The translations under genes and the position numbers were made by a program. Shown here one piece after another: positions 1 through 9,456 of a stretch of 64,000 bases of DNA. Within the stretch, counting starts at the first letter, position 1, and every line of letters begins with the position of its first letter. This DNA comes from Candidatus Omnitrophota bacterium (lineage in GTDB: Bacteria > Omnitrophota > Gorgyraeia > 2-01-FULL-45-10), in assembly GCA_903843285.1 (NCBI GenBank), contig CAIMPC010000016.1, positions 1,075-65,074 of the forward strand, read 5' to 3'. A model generated the notes under the pieces. That model did no database searches. It had not been told where the DNA came from and saw only the letters and a program-made list of their open reading frames with translations.

Positions 1-33
1 CACGCGGGTTTTTTTTGAGGGCATATAGACTGT

Positions 34-61
34 CAGTCCGCGAATATATCTTATGTTAAGT
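34..61. other. dif-like XerC/XerD recombination site
   Basis: CAGTCCGCGAA-TATATC-TTATGTTAAGT has the 11-6-11 layout. The right arm matches the E. coli XerD arm TTATGTTAAAT at 10/11; the left arm is divergent. Intergenic. Confidence 0.5.
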
Positions 62-219
62 AGCCAATCTTAAAGTATATAATGTAATATATTGATATGC
101 AATGAGTTACATATTTATACAATTCACCTGTTAGTAAGTCAAATTCTCCTCTGAGCACAAGCGTACTTACCCACAGGATAAAGTTTATCGCCTATAAATG
201 ACAGGCTTTTGACTGGAAA

Positions 220-561
220 TTACATTACGATGGAATCTACGGTAAATTCTTTGCTATATAGGATATCAAGGTCGGAAGTATTGCACTTATTGCACTTTGT
301 GGTGGGTTTATCTACTTTAAACCGGTGATCACAGGCTCTGCATTTTATCTCCAACGGAAGGACTTTTACATTAAGAATGACACCATCAAATTCTGTGTCT
401 TTAATCATGGCGCCGAAGGTCTCTACCAGGGTCTCTGGTTTAACGTGGCTTAATGGGCTTAAGGACGCGTTTACGGAGGTAATCTTCGTGCCTTTAGGTA
501 CAGCGCTAAGCTTATTCTTTAACGCTGAAATTATCTCTTTTGTGAACATCAGATCGTGCAT
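220..561 (-). CDS. hypA: hydrogenase maturation nickel metallochaperone HypA
   Basis: N-terminal MHD (canonical MHE), two CxxC Zn pairs (CRAC, CNKC), 113 aa. Confidence 0.85.
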   Translation of the reverse strand: MHDLMFTKEIISALKNKLSAVPKGTKITSVNASLSPLSHVKPETLVETFGAMIKDTEFDGVILNVKVLPLEIKCRACDHRFKVDKPTTKCNKCNTSDLDILYSKEFTVDSIVM

Positions 562-570
562 GGAGAGTCC

Positions 571-963
571 TTAAACGATTATTTTTGAACGGATATCTTC
601 AGGAATCCCGATCGGTTTTAGATCCCCATTTACACAGGCCCAGACTACCCTGACTGTAACCAATGTCGCCTCTCCCCTCTTAATTTCCTGTGTAAACGTC
701 AGGGAGGCGCTGCCCACTTTTTCGGGCCTGGTAAATATTTGGACCACATCGCCGTATCTGGCAGGTTTTTTGTAATCGAGTTCCAGATGAACCACTGGAA
801 ATAGTATGCCATTTTTTGTGTATTCGATCAGATCTACGCCCAGATGATTAAAATATTCCGTACGGGCTTCCTCGAGGTGTTTTAAATAGGAACCATAATA
901 TACGACACCCCCGGCGTCTGTGTCATGGTAGTAAATTTTCTTTTCGTAGTGGTATTCGCTCAT
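571..963 (-). CDS. YbgC/FadM-family acyl-CoA thioesterase
   Basis: YHDTDAGGVVYYGSY hotdog-fold motif. Confidence 0.85.
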   Translation of the reverse strand: MSEYHYEKKIYYHDTDAGGVVYYGSYLKHLEEARTEYFNHLGVDLIEYTKNGILFPVVHLELDYKKPARYGDVVQIFTRPEKVGSASLTFTQEIKRGEATLVTVRVVWACVNGDLKPIGIPEDIRSKIIV

Positions 964-967
964 ATCC

Positions 968-1594
968 TCATATCCTTAGTATAAATTTTATGAATAACAG
1001 TATAACATTTTGTATCGCTATTATAGCCGGATTAAGTATTCCTGTAAATAGTAATGCGAATATTAATAACAGACCATATGGCTCGATCCTTAATAACGCG
1101 ATTTGAGCCCGCTGGGGCAATATTCCTAATAATATTCTGGAGCCATCGAGTGGCGGGATCGGTATAAGGTTGAAAGCCCCCAATATAATGTTGATCTTTA
1201 CCATTACCACGAGTACGATGGCCACCATCTGATTTGCAGATATTACATCGAATTGCAGAAGTAAAGTGGCTATGGTAGCGATCAGGATATTCGTAACGCA
1301 GCCGGCTAGCGATACGCATACCAAGCCAAGCCTAAAGTTTTTCAGATTTGAATAAACTACCGGAACGGGTTTTGCCCAGCCGAAACCCACGAGGAATAGC
1401 GCGAGCGTTCCGATGGGATCGAGGTGAACCAGGGGGTTTAGCGTGAGTCTTCCATTACGTTTAGCGGTATCATCGCCAAACAGATATGCTACAAATCCGT
1501 GAGATATTTCGTGAAGTATTATTGAATACAGAAGCGGTATCGCAAGAAGTAAAAAAGCGACCGGATCCTTAAATAGAAGCGATGCTAGCCCCAT
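968..1594 (-). CDS. site-2 protease (peptidase M50)
   Basis: HEISH and FNLIPIPPLDG motifs, hydrophobic. Confidence 0.9.
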   Translation of the reverse strand: MGLASLLFKDPVAFLLLAIPLLYSIILHEISHGFVAYLFGDDTAKRNGRLTLNPLVHLDPIGTLALFLVGFGWAKPVPVVYSNLKNFRLGLVCVSLAGCVTNILIATIATLLLQFDVISANQMVAIVLVVMVKINIILGAFNLIPIPPLDGSRILLGILPQRAQIALLRIEPYGLLLIFALLFTGILNPAIIAIQNVILLFIKFILRI

Positions 1595-1609
1595 CTATAA
1601 TCGACTCCG

Positions 1610-2299
1610 CTATTTCTTATGATACTTATCTAAGATCTTTAGCAAAGAATCCGCGCATTCAGGCATCCTCACCATATCTTCAAGAAGTATCTGTCTGGCG
1701 GAAAAGTTTTTACCATATAATGCGAAATTACCATCCCATTCCTGGGTAATTACTGCGCCTTCCAATTTTACACCCGCGAACAGTCCGCGAGTTCTGGAGT
1801 ACGAGAGTATGCCGCCCTTCAGTTGAATATCTGTGGAGGCTTCAGCGGCTCTACCTACAGGGCCTGCCGCGACCGAAGCATCAGCGCCGAGCTTGAATTT
1901 ACCATCGAGTATGCCATCCACGCTTCTTCTATTCATTACAAGCAGTACAAAGTCCGTTGCCTGTCCGCCTATTTGCCACCCAAAACTTCCGCCGGCGATA
2001 GTGAATGCAGCCGGAGGAGACCAATTGCCGGTCTTTTCATCCCTGACCATAATTATTCCCTGCCCGTATTTTCCTCCGAAAACAAAACCGGCAGAAATGG
2101 TATTTGGGAATATACATATCGCGTTGCAGCTCTTCATTAAATCCTCGGGTATCGACTGATCCGGCATCTGCTGGAGCTCGCCTAAAACCTGTCCGGCCTC
2201 ATCAACCAGCCTTGACCACCTGCTCACAGCACACGCATTGGAACACGCAGAAGATGTTAAGAATGCTAGAATAAACGTCGCCATAACAAGTCTTTTCAT
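1610..2299 (-). CDS. SYLF/Ysc84-domain lipid-binding exported protein
   Basis: GGSFGWQIGGQATDFV and YSRTRGLFAG motifs; signal peptide; start placed at 2299 behind a GGAGG RBS. Confidence 0.85.
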   Translation of the reverse strand: MKRLVMATFILAFLTSSACSNACAVSRWSRLVDEAGQVLGELQQMPDQSIPEDLMKSCNAICIFPNTISAGFVFGGKYGQGIIMVRDEKTGNWSPPAAFTIAGGSFGWQIGGQATDFVLLVMNRRSVDGILDGKFKLGADASVAAGPVGRAAEASTDIQLKGGILSYSRTRGLFAGVKLEGAVITQEWDGNFALYGKNFSARQILLEDMVRMPECADSLLKILDKYHKK

Positions 2300-2318
2300 C
2301 AAATCCTCCATTTATTTA

Positions 2319-3308
2319 TCACCGTTTTAAATTAGAAGCTGAATACGCCAGAGCCGAAATAATTGCAGAGCATGGTATGGTTAATATCCATGCCCATACG
2401 ATCTGTCCGGCCACACCCCATTTTACAGCGCTAATTCGTTTTAATGAGCCTACACCTACGATGGCGCCGGTTATAGTATGCGTGGTGCTTACGGGGATTC
2501 CGAATGCGGATGAGATGAAGAGGGTAATAGCCGCGCCGAATTCCGCGCAAAATCCGTCAACCGGTTTTAGCTTAGATATTTTCTGGCCCATAGTCTTAAC
2601 TATCCGCCAACCGCCGAACATCGTGCCTACGGAGATAGCGCCGTAACACGCTATTACAACCCATGAAGGTATATGATACGCCCCACCCAATAATCCGGCA
2701 CTGAATAGAAGGCTCGCTATTATACCCATAGTCTTTTGAGCATCATTCCCGCCATGACCCATGCTATAGAACGCGGCTGACACAAGCTGACCTTTTCTGA
2801 ATATATGGTCAACCTTCATAGGCGAACTATTTCGAAATATCCGATATACCATGATGCCTATGCCAAGGCCGAGGATAAGTCCTATGGCAGGAGAAATAAA
2901 TATGAAAGATACCGTCTTCAGTATTCCTGACCAGACCAGGGCTTTTGGCCCGGTCTTAACCAGAGCTGAGCCTATCATCCCCCCTATTAGCGCATGAGAA
3001 GAGCTGGTAGGAAGGCCAAAATACCAGGTTATTATATTCCAACCGCACGCTCCGACCAATGTGCCGAAAATTATATGTTTATCTATAATGGCTATATCGA
3101 TTATGCCCCTTCCGATAGTATTTGCGACATGAAGGCCAAAAAACGCGAAAGCGGCGAAATTAAAAAATGCCGCCCATATTATGGCGACACGCGGCGAAAG
3201 CACTCTGGTAGAGACTACGGTGGCGATGGAATTGGCGGAGTCATGAAAGCCGTTTAAGAAATCGAAAACTAAGGCTAGTAATATCAATAGTACGATACTG
3301 ATAGTCAT
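2319..3308 (-). CDS. pit: PiT-family inorganic phosphate transporter
   Basis: NGFHDSANSIAT, HGGNDAQK and PVSTTH signatures. Confidence 0.92.
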   Translation of the reverse strand: MTISIVLLILLALVFDFLNGFHDSANSIATVVSTRVLSPRVAIIWAAFFNFAAFAFFGLHVANTIGRGIIDIAIIDKHIIFGTLVGACGWNIITWYFGLPTSSSHALIGGMIGSALVKTGPKALVWSGILKTVSFIFISPAIGLILGLGIGIMVYRIFRNSSPMKVDHIFRKGQLVSAAFYSMGHGGNDAQKTMGIIASLLFSAGLLGGAYHIPSWVVIACYGAISVGTMFGGWRIVKTMGQKISKLKPVDGFCAEFGAAITLFISSAFGIPVSTTHTITGAIVGVGSLKRISAVKWGVAGQIVWAWILTIPCSAIISALAYSASNLKR

Positions 3309-3309
3309 T

Positions 3310-3939
3310 TTAAGCCTGTTTAACTAGAATGGACTGGACGACGTGCGCTACATCTTCACAGATGTCGAGAACCGTTTCAGCTGCCTGATAGATCTCTTTT
3401 CTTTTAATAACGTCGATCGGATCCTTTGATGTTTCGAATAGGTCGGCCAGCACATTATCTCTCAGAGTGTCACCCACATTCTCGAGTCGATTTATTTCAA
3501 TACAGGATTCGATGACTGATTTTAAGTTCTTTCCATCGCGCAGTCCCTTTACAGCGCACTCCACAGCGTGCGTAGATTCCGATATGATCAAAGCGAATTC
3601 GATCAGATTCTTATCGTTAGCGTTAACCTTATAGGTTTTCATACGGTTCACGATGGCATAGAGCATGTCGATTATATCGTCGAGCTCTTTGGCTAATGAG
3701 TGGATATCTTCTCTGTCAAAAGGTGTGATAAAGGTCTTATTAAGGCGGTCGAGTATGTCATGGGTTATTCCATCGCCTTGATGCTCAATCTCATGCATCC
3801 TATGGAGCGCGTCCGAATCGATTATCGCCGATTTGGTAACCAGTTCTTTAAATAGACTGGCCGCCTCGACCGCGCAAGCGGCCTGCTTTTCGAAGAGGTC
3901 ATAAAATTTAAATTCTTTAGGAAGAAAGCTGAAACCCAT
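3310..3939 (-). CDS. DUF47 (PhoU-like) phosphate transport regulator
   Basis: EHQGD..TFITPFDREDI motif; adjacent to pit; ATG 3939 has a GGAG RBS. Confidence 0.88.
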   Translation of the reverse strand: MGFSFLPKEFKFYDLFEKQAACAVEAASLFKELVTKSAIIDSDALHRMHEIEHQGDGITHDILDRLNKTFITPFDREDIHSLAKELDDIIDMLYAIVNRMKTYKVNANDKNLIEFALIISESTHAVECAVKGLRDGKNLKSVIESCIEINRLENVGDTLRDNVLADLFETSKDPIDVIKRKEIYQAAETVLDICEDVAHVVQSILVKQA

Positions 3940-3981
3940 AAGGCTCCTTTTATTATCTGTGATATTTGATTTATCCAATAC

Positions 3982-4010
3982 ATTATAAATGGAACGCTTA
4001 GCTATATCAA
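3982..4010 (-). promoter_or_regulatory. sigma70 promoter of DUF47-pit operon
   Basis: TTGATA-N17-TATAAT. Confidence 0.65.
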
Positions 4011-4056
4011 GACTTTTATAAAAGCTTGAGTAGTAAATATATTTTTTAGCGCTCCC

Positions 4057-4084
4057 TTGTTTACGGTGAATGATGTGATATAAT
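4057..4084 (+). promoter_or_regulatory. sigma70 promoter of glgC
   Basis: TTGTTT-N16-TATAAT with extended -10 TG. Confidence 0.55.
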
Positions 4085-4110
4085 TGGTTAAATAAAAAAA
4101 GGATTAATAT

Positions 4111-5364
4111 ATGAAACGAGTTGTAGCGCTAATTTTGGGTGGTGGCCAGGGGAAGAGGCTCTTCCCATTAACGGAATATAGGTCTAAGCCGGCAGTGCCC
4201 ATTGCCGCTAAATACAGACTTATCGATATCCCTATTTCCAATTGCCTCCATTCGAATATAAAAGACATATATGTGCTTACGCAATTTAACTCCGAGAGCC
4301 TCAATAATCATATCAATAATACCTATAGGTTCGACTATTTTTCTAGAGCATTTGTCAGGATCCTCGCCGCTGAGCAAACCGTCGATAACACAAACTGGTT
4401 TCAGGGAACTGCGGATGCGGTAAGAAGAAATCTTTTTCATCTGAATCTTAAAAACGATGATATAGTACTGATACTCTCCGGCGACCATCTCTATAACATG
4501 GACTATCGAAGGCTAGTAAGCTTTCATAGTAAGCATAATGCAGATTTTACTGTATCTGTAATACCCGTGAAGCCGAGTGAAGCCGATGAATTTGGAGTAA
4601 TAAGGATAAACCGGGAAGATAGGATCGTCAGCTTTAAGGAGAAGCCTAAGTCAAGGGATGAACTTAAGGGATTCGTCTTTAAGGGTGACATGTATGGTGT
4701 GAAAACTCTACCCGGCTCATATTGTCTTGCATCTATGGGAGTATACGTTTTCAATGCGGAGGTTTTGAAGAAGGTACTGGAAGGCAGTGACGCAGATTTT
4801 GGCAAAGAGGTTATCCCTAACTCAATCAAAAATTATAACGGAGTAGGTTATATATTTGACGACTACTGGAGGGATGTCGGCACGATAAAGTCGTTCTATG
4901 AAGTGAATATGGACCTGGCCAGCGGCAAGTCGTATATGTCATTTTTCTATGACGGCTCTGTGTTCACCAGGCCTCGGTTTCTTCCTGTGGCGAGGATATT
5001 AAAGTGTGGGATAGAAAAATCTATTATCTCCGAAGGATCCGTGATAACACTCGCGAAGATCTCCAACTCTATTATCGGCCTGCGTTCGATAGTGGGTAAA
5101 AACTGTAAGATATCAAGAACTGTCCTGATGGGTGCTGATTACTATGAAGATTTGAGCAGCAGTGATGAGCCGGTAAGGATAGGCATTGGGGATGGTACGG
5201 TTATAGACAAAGCGATAGTAGATAAGAATGCCAGGATCGGCAGAAATGTTGTGATAAGAAACTCTGATAAACTAAAGAATTTCGACGGGGATAACTATTT
5301 TATCAGGGACAGCATTGTAATAATTCCGAAGAATGCCGTGATTAAGGATGGGACGAGGATTTAG
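4111..5364 (+). CDS. glgC: glucose-1-phosphate adenylyltransferase
   Basis: GGGQGKRLFPLT..RSKPAVP, WFQGTADAVR, ASMGVYVF, DFGKEVIP motifs; C-terminal beta-helix. Confidence 0.95.
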   Translation: MKRVVALILGGGQGKRLFPLTEYRSKPAVPIAAKYRLIDIPISNCLHSNIKDIYVLTQFNSESLNNHINNTYRFDYFSRAFVRILAAEQTVDNTNWFQGTADAVRRNLFHLNLKNDDIVLILSGDHLYNMDYRRLVSFHSKHNADFTVSVIPVKPSEADEFGVIRINREDRIVSFKEKPKSRDELKGFVFKGDMYGVKTLPGSYCLASMGVYVFNAEVLKKVLEGSDADFGKEVIPNSIKNYNGVGYIFDDYWRDVGTIKSFYEVNMDLASGKSYMSFFYDGSVFTRPRFLPVARILKCGIEKSIISEGSVITLAKISNSIIGLRSIVGKNCKISRTVLMGADYYEDLSSSDEPVRIGIGDGTVIDKAIVDKNARIGRNVVIRNSDKLKNFDGDNYFIRDSIVIIPKNAVIKDGTRI

Positions 5365-6265
5365 TTTTAATATTACTGCTTAGGGGCAAGTCCCTTCCTT
5401 GATAAGATCCCCTTCTTTTTAGGGTCTCCACTATCATCTGTAAAGTCCCCAACTTATCCAGCGCCCAAGCGGGCGCTATGTGGTCCCCCTTACTTCCCTG
5501 GGCGGTCATGCGTTGTATTATTATCCCCGGCGAAAGCCTTTCCAGGAAATCACACACTATCTCTACATATTCTTCCTGCCCCAGGGGGTGGATAGCACCA
5601 TCCCTATATTGCTTCTCGAGTACGCTACCTTTAAGAATATGCAGAAGGTGTATCTTTACGCCATCGACCTGAAGCTCAGTTAATTTCTCGGCAGTCTCAA
5701 GGATATCTTTTCTGTTTTCACCGGGTAAGCCTATGATCACGTGGGCACATACAGGTATCGACAGTCTCTTTGTCAGGTTGTAGGCATTCAGAAAATCTTT
5801 AAATTCATGGCCGCGGTTTATGTTTTTAAGCGTTCTGTCATGAATGGTCTGAAGGCCGTATTCCAGCCACACCTCATACGTATCTTTGTACGAAGCGATA
5901 AGATTTAGTTTTTCGCCGTCAATGCAATCGGGGCGTGTTCCGATCGATAAACCTACTATATCCTTAAACGGTAATATTTGGTCGTAGACATACTTTAGCT
6001 TATCCGGTGAAGCGTTCGTATTGGTGAATGCCTGAAAGTATGCAATAAACCTAGATGCGCTCCTGCTCTTTTTTAAATATTCAATGCGTTCGGATATTTG
6101 CTTTTCTACAGATTCCCCCGCCGTGGAATACGTAGAGCGCGAACCGTTTTCGTTGCAATATGTACAGCGAAACGGGCATGAGAAAGCTGCATCGATACCT
6201 ATGCGATATACCTTAGAGCCGTACTTTTCGCGTAGATGGGTAGAGTAGTCGTTATATGGTTTCAT
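5342..6265 (-). CDS. YhcC/TIGR01212-like radical SAM protein
   Basis: CPFRCTYC, AYFQAFTNT, IGTRPDC, INRGH, GVKIHLLH motifs. Confidence 0.85.
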   Translation of the reverse strand: MKPYNDYSTHLREKYGSKVYRIGIDAAFSCPFRCTYCNENGSRSTYSTAGESVEKQISERIEYLKKSRSASRFIAYFQAFTNTNASPDKLKYVYDQILPFKDIVGLSIGTRPDCIDGEKLNLIASYKDTYEVWLEYGLQTIHDRTLKNINRGHEFKDFLNAYNLTKRLSIPVCAHVIIGLPGENRKDILETAEKLTELQVDGVKIHLLHILKGSVLEKQYRDGAIHPLGQEEYVEIVCDFLERLSPGIIIQRMTAQGSKGDHIAPAWALDKLGTLQMIVETLKRRGSYQGRDLPLSSNIKTKSSSHP

Positions 6266-6269
6266 ACTT

Positions 6270-6332
6270 AGATTCTTCGGTCGGCCGATGGCCTACCCCA
6301 GAATGACGGAAGTTGTATTTCGCAACAGTCCC
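6270..6332. repeat. REP-like element remnant plus IS-terminal-repeat-like scar
   Basis: AGATTCTTCG..CAGAATGAC with an internal hairpin resembles the GTCATTCTG..CGAAGAATCT repeat family. GGGACTGTTGCGAAA (minus strand) resembles an IS end. Single copy in the window. Confidence 0.4.
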
Positions 6333-6343
6333 ATAATACATGT

Positions 6344-6763
6344 TTACTGAATCGGGGCGGTGGCTAAATATTCTGCGGGAGATACGGCAGGAATAGGAGA
6401 ATTTTTGTAATGCGATGCATCTCTGGTAATTATATAATCGGATTGGCATGCTTGAGCGCAAACTATCTGAATACCATCTTCGAAATCTTTCGACTCTAAT
6501 TCAAGTCCTTTTTCAAGCGTTTTTCTGTCAACTTCCACAACATGCAATAATTTCAATAAATTTCGAATATAAGCAATGGCCGTCTTTCGATCGCTTCCTT
6601 TTTGTATAAGATAGTATATCGTTGCGCAAGAAATCGCGCTGATGTATCCGCCGGCTTTTCTTCTTTCTATCAGGCTTAGAACTCTCTGCGAAGACCTCAG
6701 ATGGGGTTCCCTCGCCAGGGCTACATCTAAAAGCACATTAATATCAACGAATAATTTATCCAT
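6344..6763 (-). CDS. PIN-domain toxin (VapC-like)
   Basis: FVDINVLLD, DFEDGIQ, IITRD acidic PIN motifs. Confidence 0.9.
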   Translation of the reverse strand: MDKLFVDINVLLDVALAREPHLRSSQRVLSLIERRKAGGYISAISCATIYYLIQKGSDRKTAIAYIRNLLKLLHVVEVDRKTLEKGLELESKDFEDGIQIVCAQACQSDYIITRDASHYKNSPIPAVSPAEYLATAPIQ

Positions 6764-7016
6764 TCAAATGCTTAGACTCTATATGCTTTTTATAGTCTTC
6801 CCGATCCACTCTGGTGTGTGAGATAATCCCACTCAATCGATGCACGATAGGAGTGACTTCGTCGCGAGATTTCAGCTCCTTCTTTAGGCGAAGTATAAAA
6901 TCCGAAAATAATTTGGACAAAGATTCATTATGTTCTTTCGCCCATTGCTTGCCAAATTTTTTAGTGTCATTACTGACCCACAATGTTAATTTGGATTTTG
7001 AGACCGTGGTTTGCAT
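6756..7016 (-). CDS. DUF6364-like antitoxin
   Basis: KLTLWV..K..AK...SLSKL and TPIVHRLSGII..YKKHIESKH; overlaps the toxin start; GGAGG RBS. Confidence 0.75.
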   Translation of the reverse strand: MQTTVSKSKLTLWVSNDTKKFGKQWAKEHNESLSKLFSDFILRLKKELKSRDEVTPIVHRLSGIISHTRVDREDYKKHIESKHLNG

Positions 7017-7029
7017 TTTTATTTCCTCC

Positions 7030-7068
7030 ATACGTATATAGTGTATATTACAATACGTATAATGTCAA
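7030..7068 (-). promoter_or_regulatory. TA promoter with paired palindromic operators
   Basis: TTGACA(7068-7063)-N17-TACACT(7045-7040); ATACGTAT palindromes at 7030-7037 and 7053-7060. Confidence 0.75.
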
Positions 7069-8864
7069 GGGTTTCCGGATCTCCTCTTTGCGTCCAGATA
7101 TATCATAAGTATGGATATTGCTACCGGTGTAACGCCCGAAATACGCGATGCCTGGCCCAAATTTACAGGCCTTGCCTTCGATAATTTTTCCCTGATCTCC
7201 ATTGATAGAGAATTAATACTTTTATAGTCCATATCTTGAGGGATCTTTATCCTCTCTACCTTAGATAGCCGCTGAATCTCTTTCAGTTGTCTGGTAATGA
7301 ACCCCTCATACTTAATTTCGATCTCGACGACCTTGCTCTCCTTCGATATAATAGGCGTACGTTCACTATCCGGCACTGCCTCTTCGTACGATACGCCGGG
7401 CCGCTTCAGAATCTTATCAATATGACGGGCTTTTAGCCTTTCGATTTCATTTTGTATTCTAGTTTGCTTGTCGAACGTCTTCTTATATATTTCATCATTC
7501 ACAAGACCGATCTTATGCCCTACGGGGACAAGTCGCGTGTCGGCATTATCTTCTCTTAATATCAACCTATATTCGACGCGGGATGTGAACATCCTATATG
7601 GCTCGGCCGTTCCCTTTGTCACAAGATCATCTATGAGAACGCCGATATAAGCCTGCGACCTGTCGAGCGTAAGAGGCTCTTTGCCCTTAATCTTTAGCGA
7701 TGCATTTATCCCCGCCATAAGCCCCAGAGATGCGGCTTCTTCGTATCCGGTGGTCCCATTTATCTGGCCTGCCATATAAAGCCCGGACACAGCTTTTGTC
7801 TCAAGCGTGGGATATAGCTCGGTAGGGTCGACATAGTCATATTCGATTCCATATCCAGGTTTTACAATCTTCGCCTTCTCGAGACCATTTATAGAGGCCA
7901 CTATCTTCTCCTGGACGTCTAATGGCAGGCTGGTGGATATACCGTTGGGGTAATACTGTGTGGTGTTCAGACCCTCAGGTTCGATGAATATATGATGGCG
8001 GTCGCGCAAAGGAAACCGGTGCAATTTATCCTCAATAGATGGGCAATATCGAACTCCAGTGCCTTTTATCACTCCGGTAAATAGTGGTGACCTGTCGAGA
8101 TTTGAAAGAATTATATCGTGAGTTTTCTTGTTCGTATATGTTATGTAGCAAGGCAGTTGTTTTCTATGTATCTGTTCGGTTTCAAAAGAGAATGGATTTA
8201 TTGGCTCATCGCCCTGTTGAATTATAAGTTTATCGAAATTAATCGTAGTACCATCCAACCTTGCACAGGTGCCGGTCTTCAGTCGGCCCATAGTAAGGCC
8301 GAGGCTCTTTATCGAATTCGACAGCCCTTCGGAATTGGTCTCTCCTATCCTTCCCCCAGCCCAATGTTCCATACCTAAATGTATCAGGCCATTTAGGAAT
8401 GTGCCAGGGGTAATTACTATGCATTTCGCATGGAGTATTTCACCGGATAATGTTTTAATACCCGCTACTCGGCCGCTTTTAATCAAAATTTCTTCTACTA
8501 CGCCCTCCATGACGATTAATCCAGACTGGCCCAATATAACATCTTTCATATACAGTCGATAAGCTTCTATATCTACCTGCGCCCGGGTCGACCATACTGC
8601 GGGGCCTTTTTTAGTGTTCAATGTGCGGAATTGTACGGCGGTGGCATCGGTGGCTTTAGCCATTTGGCCTCCAAGGGCGTCAATCTCTTTTACTATCTGG
8701 CCTTTTGCAAGTCCGCCAATGGCAGGATTACACGACATCAGTCCTATGGTATTGATACTCATTGTAATAAGGAGTATTTTAAGGCCAAGCCTTGCGCCGG
8801 CAAGACTGGCTTCACAGCCAGCGTGCCCCGAGCCTACCACTATTATATCGAATTCATTATTCAT
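7065..8864 (-). CDS. mnmG: tRNA uridine-5-carboxymethylaminomethyl modification enzyme MnmG
   Basis: [41 protein letters not shown] motifs. Confidence 0.97.
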   Translation of the reverse strand: MNNEFDIIVVGSGHAGCEASLAGARLGLKILLITMSINTIGLMSCNPAIGGLAKGQIVKEIDALGGQMAKATDATAVQFRTLNTKKGPAVWSTRAQVDIEAYRLYMKDVILGQSGLIVMEGVVEEILIKSGRVAGIKTLSGEILHAKCIVITPGTFLNGLIHLGMEHWAGGRIGETNSEGLSNSIKSLGLTMGRLKTGTCARLDGTTINFDKLIIQQGDEPINPFSFETEQIHRKQLPCYITYTNKKTHDIILSNLDRSPLFTGVIKGTGVRYCPSIEDKLHRFPLRDRHHIFIEPEGLNTTQYYPNGISTSLPLDVQEKIVASINGLEKAKIVKPGYGIEYDYVDPTELYPTLETKAVSGLYMAGQINGTTGYEEAASLGLMAGINASLKIKGKEPLTLDRSQAYIGVLIDDLVTKGTAEPYRMFTSRVEYRLILREDNADTRLVPVGHKIGLVNDEIYKKTFDKQTRIQNEIERLKARHIDKILKRPGVSYEEAVPDSERTPIISKESKVVEIEIKYEGFITRQLKEIQRLSKVERIKIPQDMDYKSINSLSMEIREKLSKARPVNLGQASRISGVTPVAISILMIYLDAKRRSGNP

Positions 8865-8904
8865 AGTACATAATCCAGATCCTTCTAAATATTTTCATGC
8901 ACTC

Positions 8905-8932
8905 TTGTTTTTTGTGTAACATTAGGTATACT
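8905..8932 (+). promoter_or_regulatory. sigma70 promoter of orphan sRNA
   Basis: TTGTTT-N16-TATACT; predicted +1 at about 8939-8940 coincides with the start of the RNA stem. Confidence 0.55.
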
Positions 8933-8939
8933 TACTACT

Positions 8940-9049
8940 GGATGACAACGGCTCACTGATCCGTTCTCGGATCCATGGTACAACGTACCGCAAGATGCTG
9001 TTGCCATCCGGCAATACTTCCCGCCATTAGTGATAATGGCGGTTTTTTT
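8940..9049 (+). ncRNA. putative structured small RNA (three-way junction), family unrecognised
   Basis: 13-bp closing stem 8940-8952/8997-9009 enclosing two hairpins; own promoter and U-tract terminator; no credible ORF. Confidence 0.65.
9021..9049 (+). terminator. intrinsic terminator
   Basis: CCGCCATTA-GTGA-TAATGGCGG-TTTTTTT. Confidence 0.85.
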
Positions 9050-9054
9050 ATGCT

Positions 9055-9441
9055 TTATTTGGATACTTGTTTTCGCAGCGGCGCCAGAGAAAGCATTATC
9101 TGCAATGCCTTCAGCACCTCTTCCAGGTTGATAGGCTTTGTTATGTAGTAATCTGCTTCGAAGTCATATCCCTTCATTACATTGGCAGGCTCTGACAAGG
9201 CGCTTATTATTATAACCGGCACCCATCTTTTTGATGATCTTAATTTTTCGATAAAATCCCAGCCATCTTTTTTTGGCATCTTTATATCGCACATGATGAT
9301 ATCGGGATTATCGGAATCGAATTTTTGCAGACCATCCTCACCGTCATATGCTTTGGAAATGGCATAGCCGCGAGCGGTTAAAAAATCCGATAGCATCTCA
9401 ACTATATCTGTTTCATCATCTATAATCAACACCTTCTGCAT
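9055..9441 (-). CDS. single-domain response regulator
   Basis: IIDDE, CDIKMP, ISA, YITKP receiver motifs. Confidence 0.9.
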   Translation of the reverse strand: MQKVLIIDDETDIVEMLSDFLTARGYAISKAYDGEDGLQKFDSDNPDIIMCDIKMPKKDGWDFIEKLRSSKRWVPVIIISALSEPANVMKGYDFEADYYITKPINLEEVLKALQIMLSLAPLRKQVSK

Positions 9442-9456
9442 AGTGGCGTGTAAATC

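Noticed and set aside
1-18. Possible + strand terminator (GCGGG-T8)
   Set aside because: The 5' arm is outside the window and cannot be verified.
8940-9009. Hammerhead ribozyme, purine riboswitch or tRNA-Sec
   Set aside because: Lacks the CUGANGA/GAAA core, purine-aptamer junction residues and tRNA arms.
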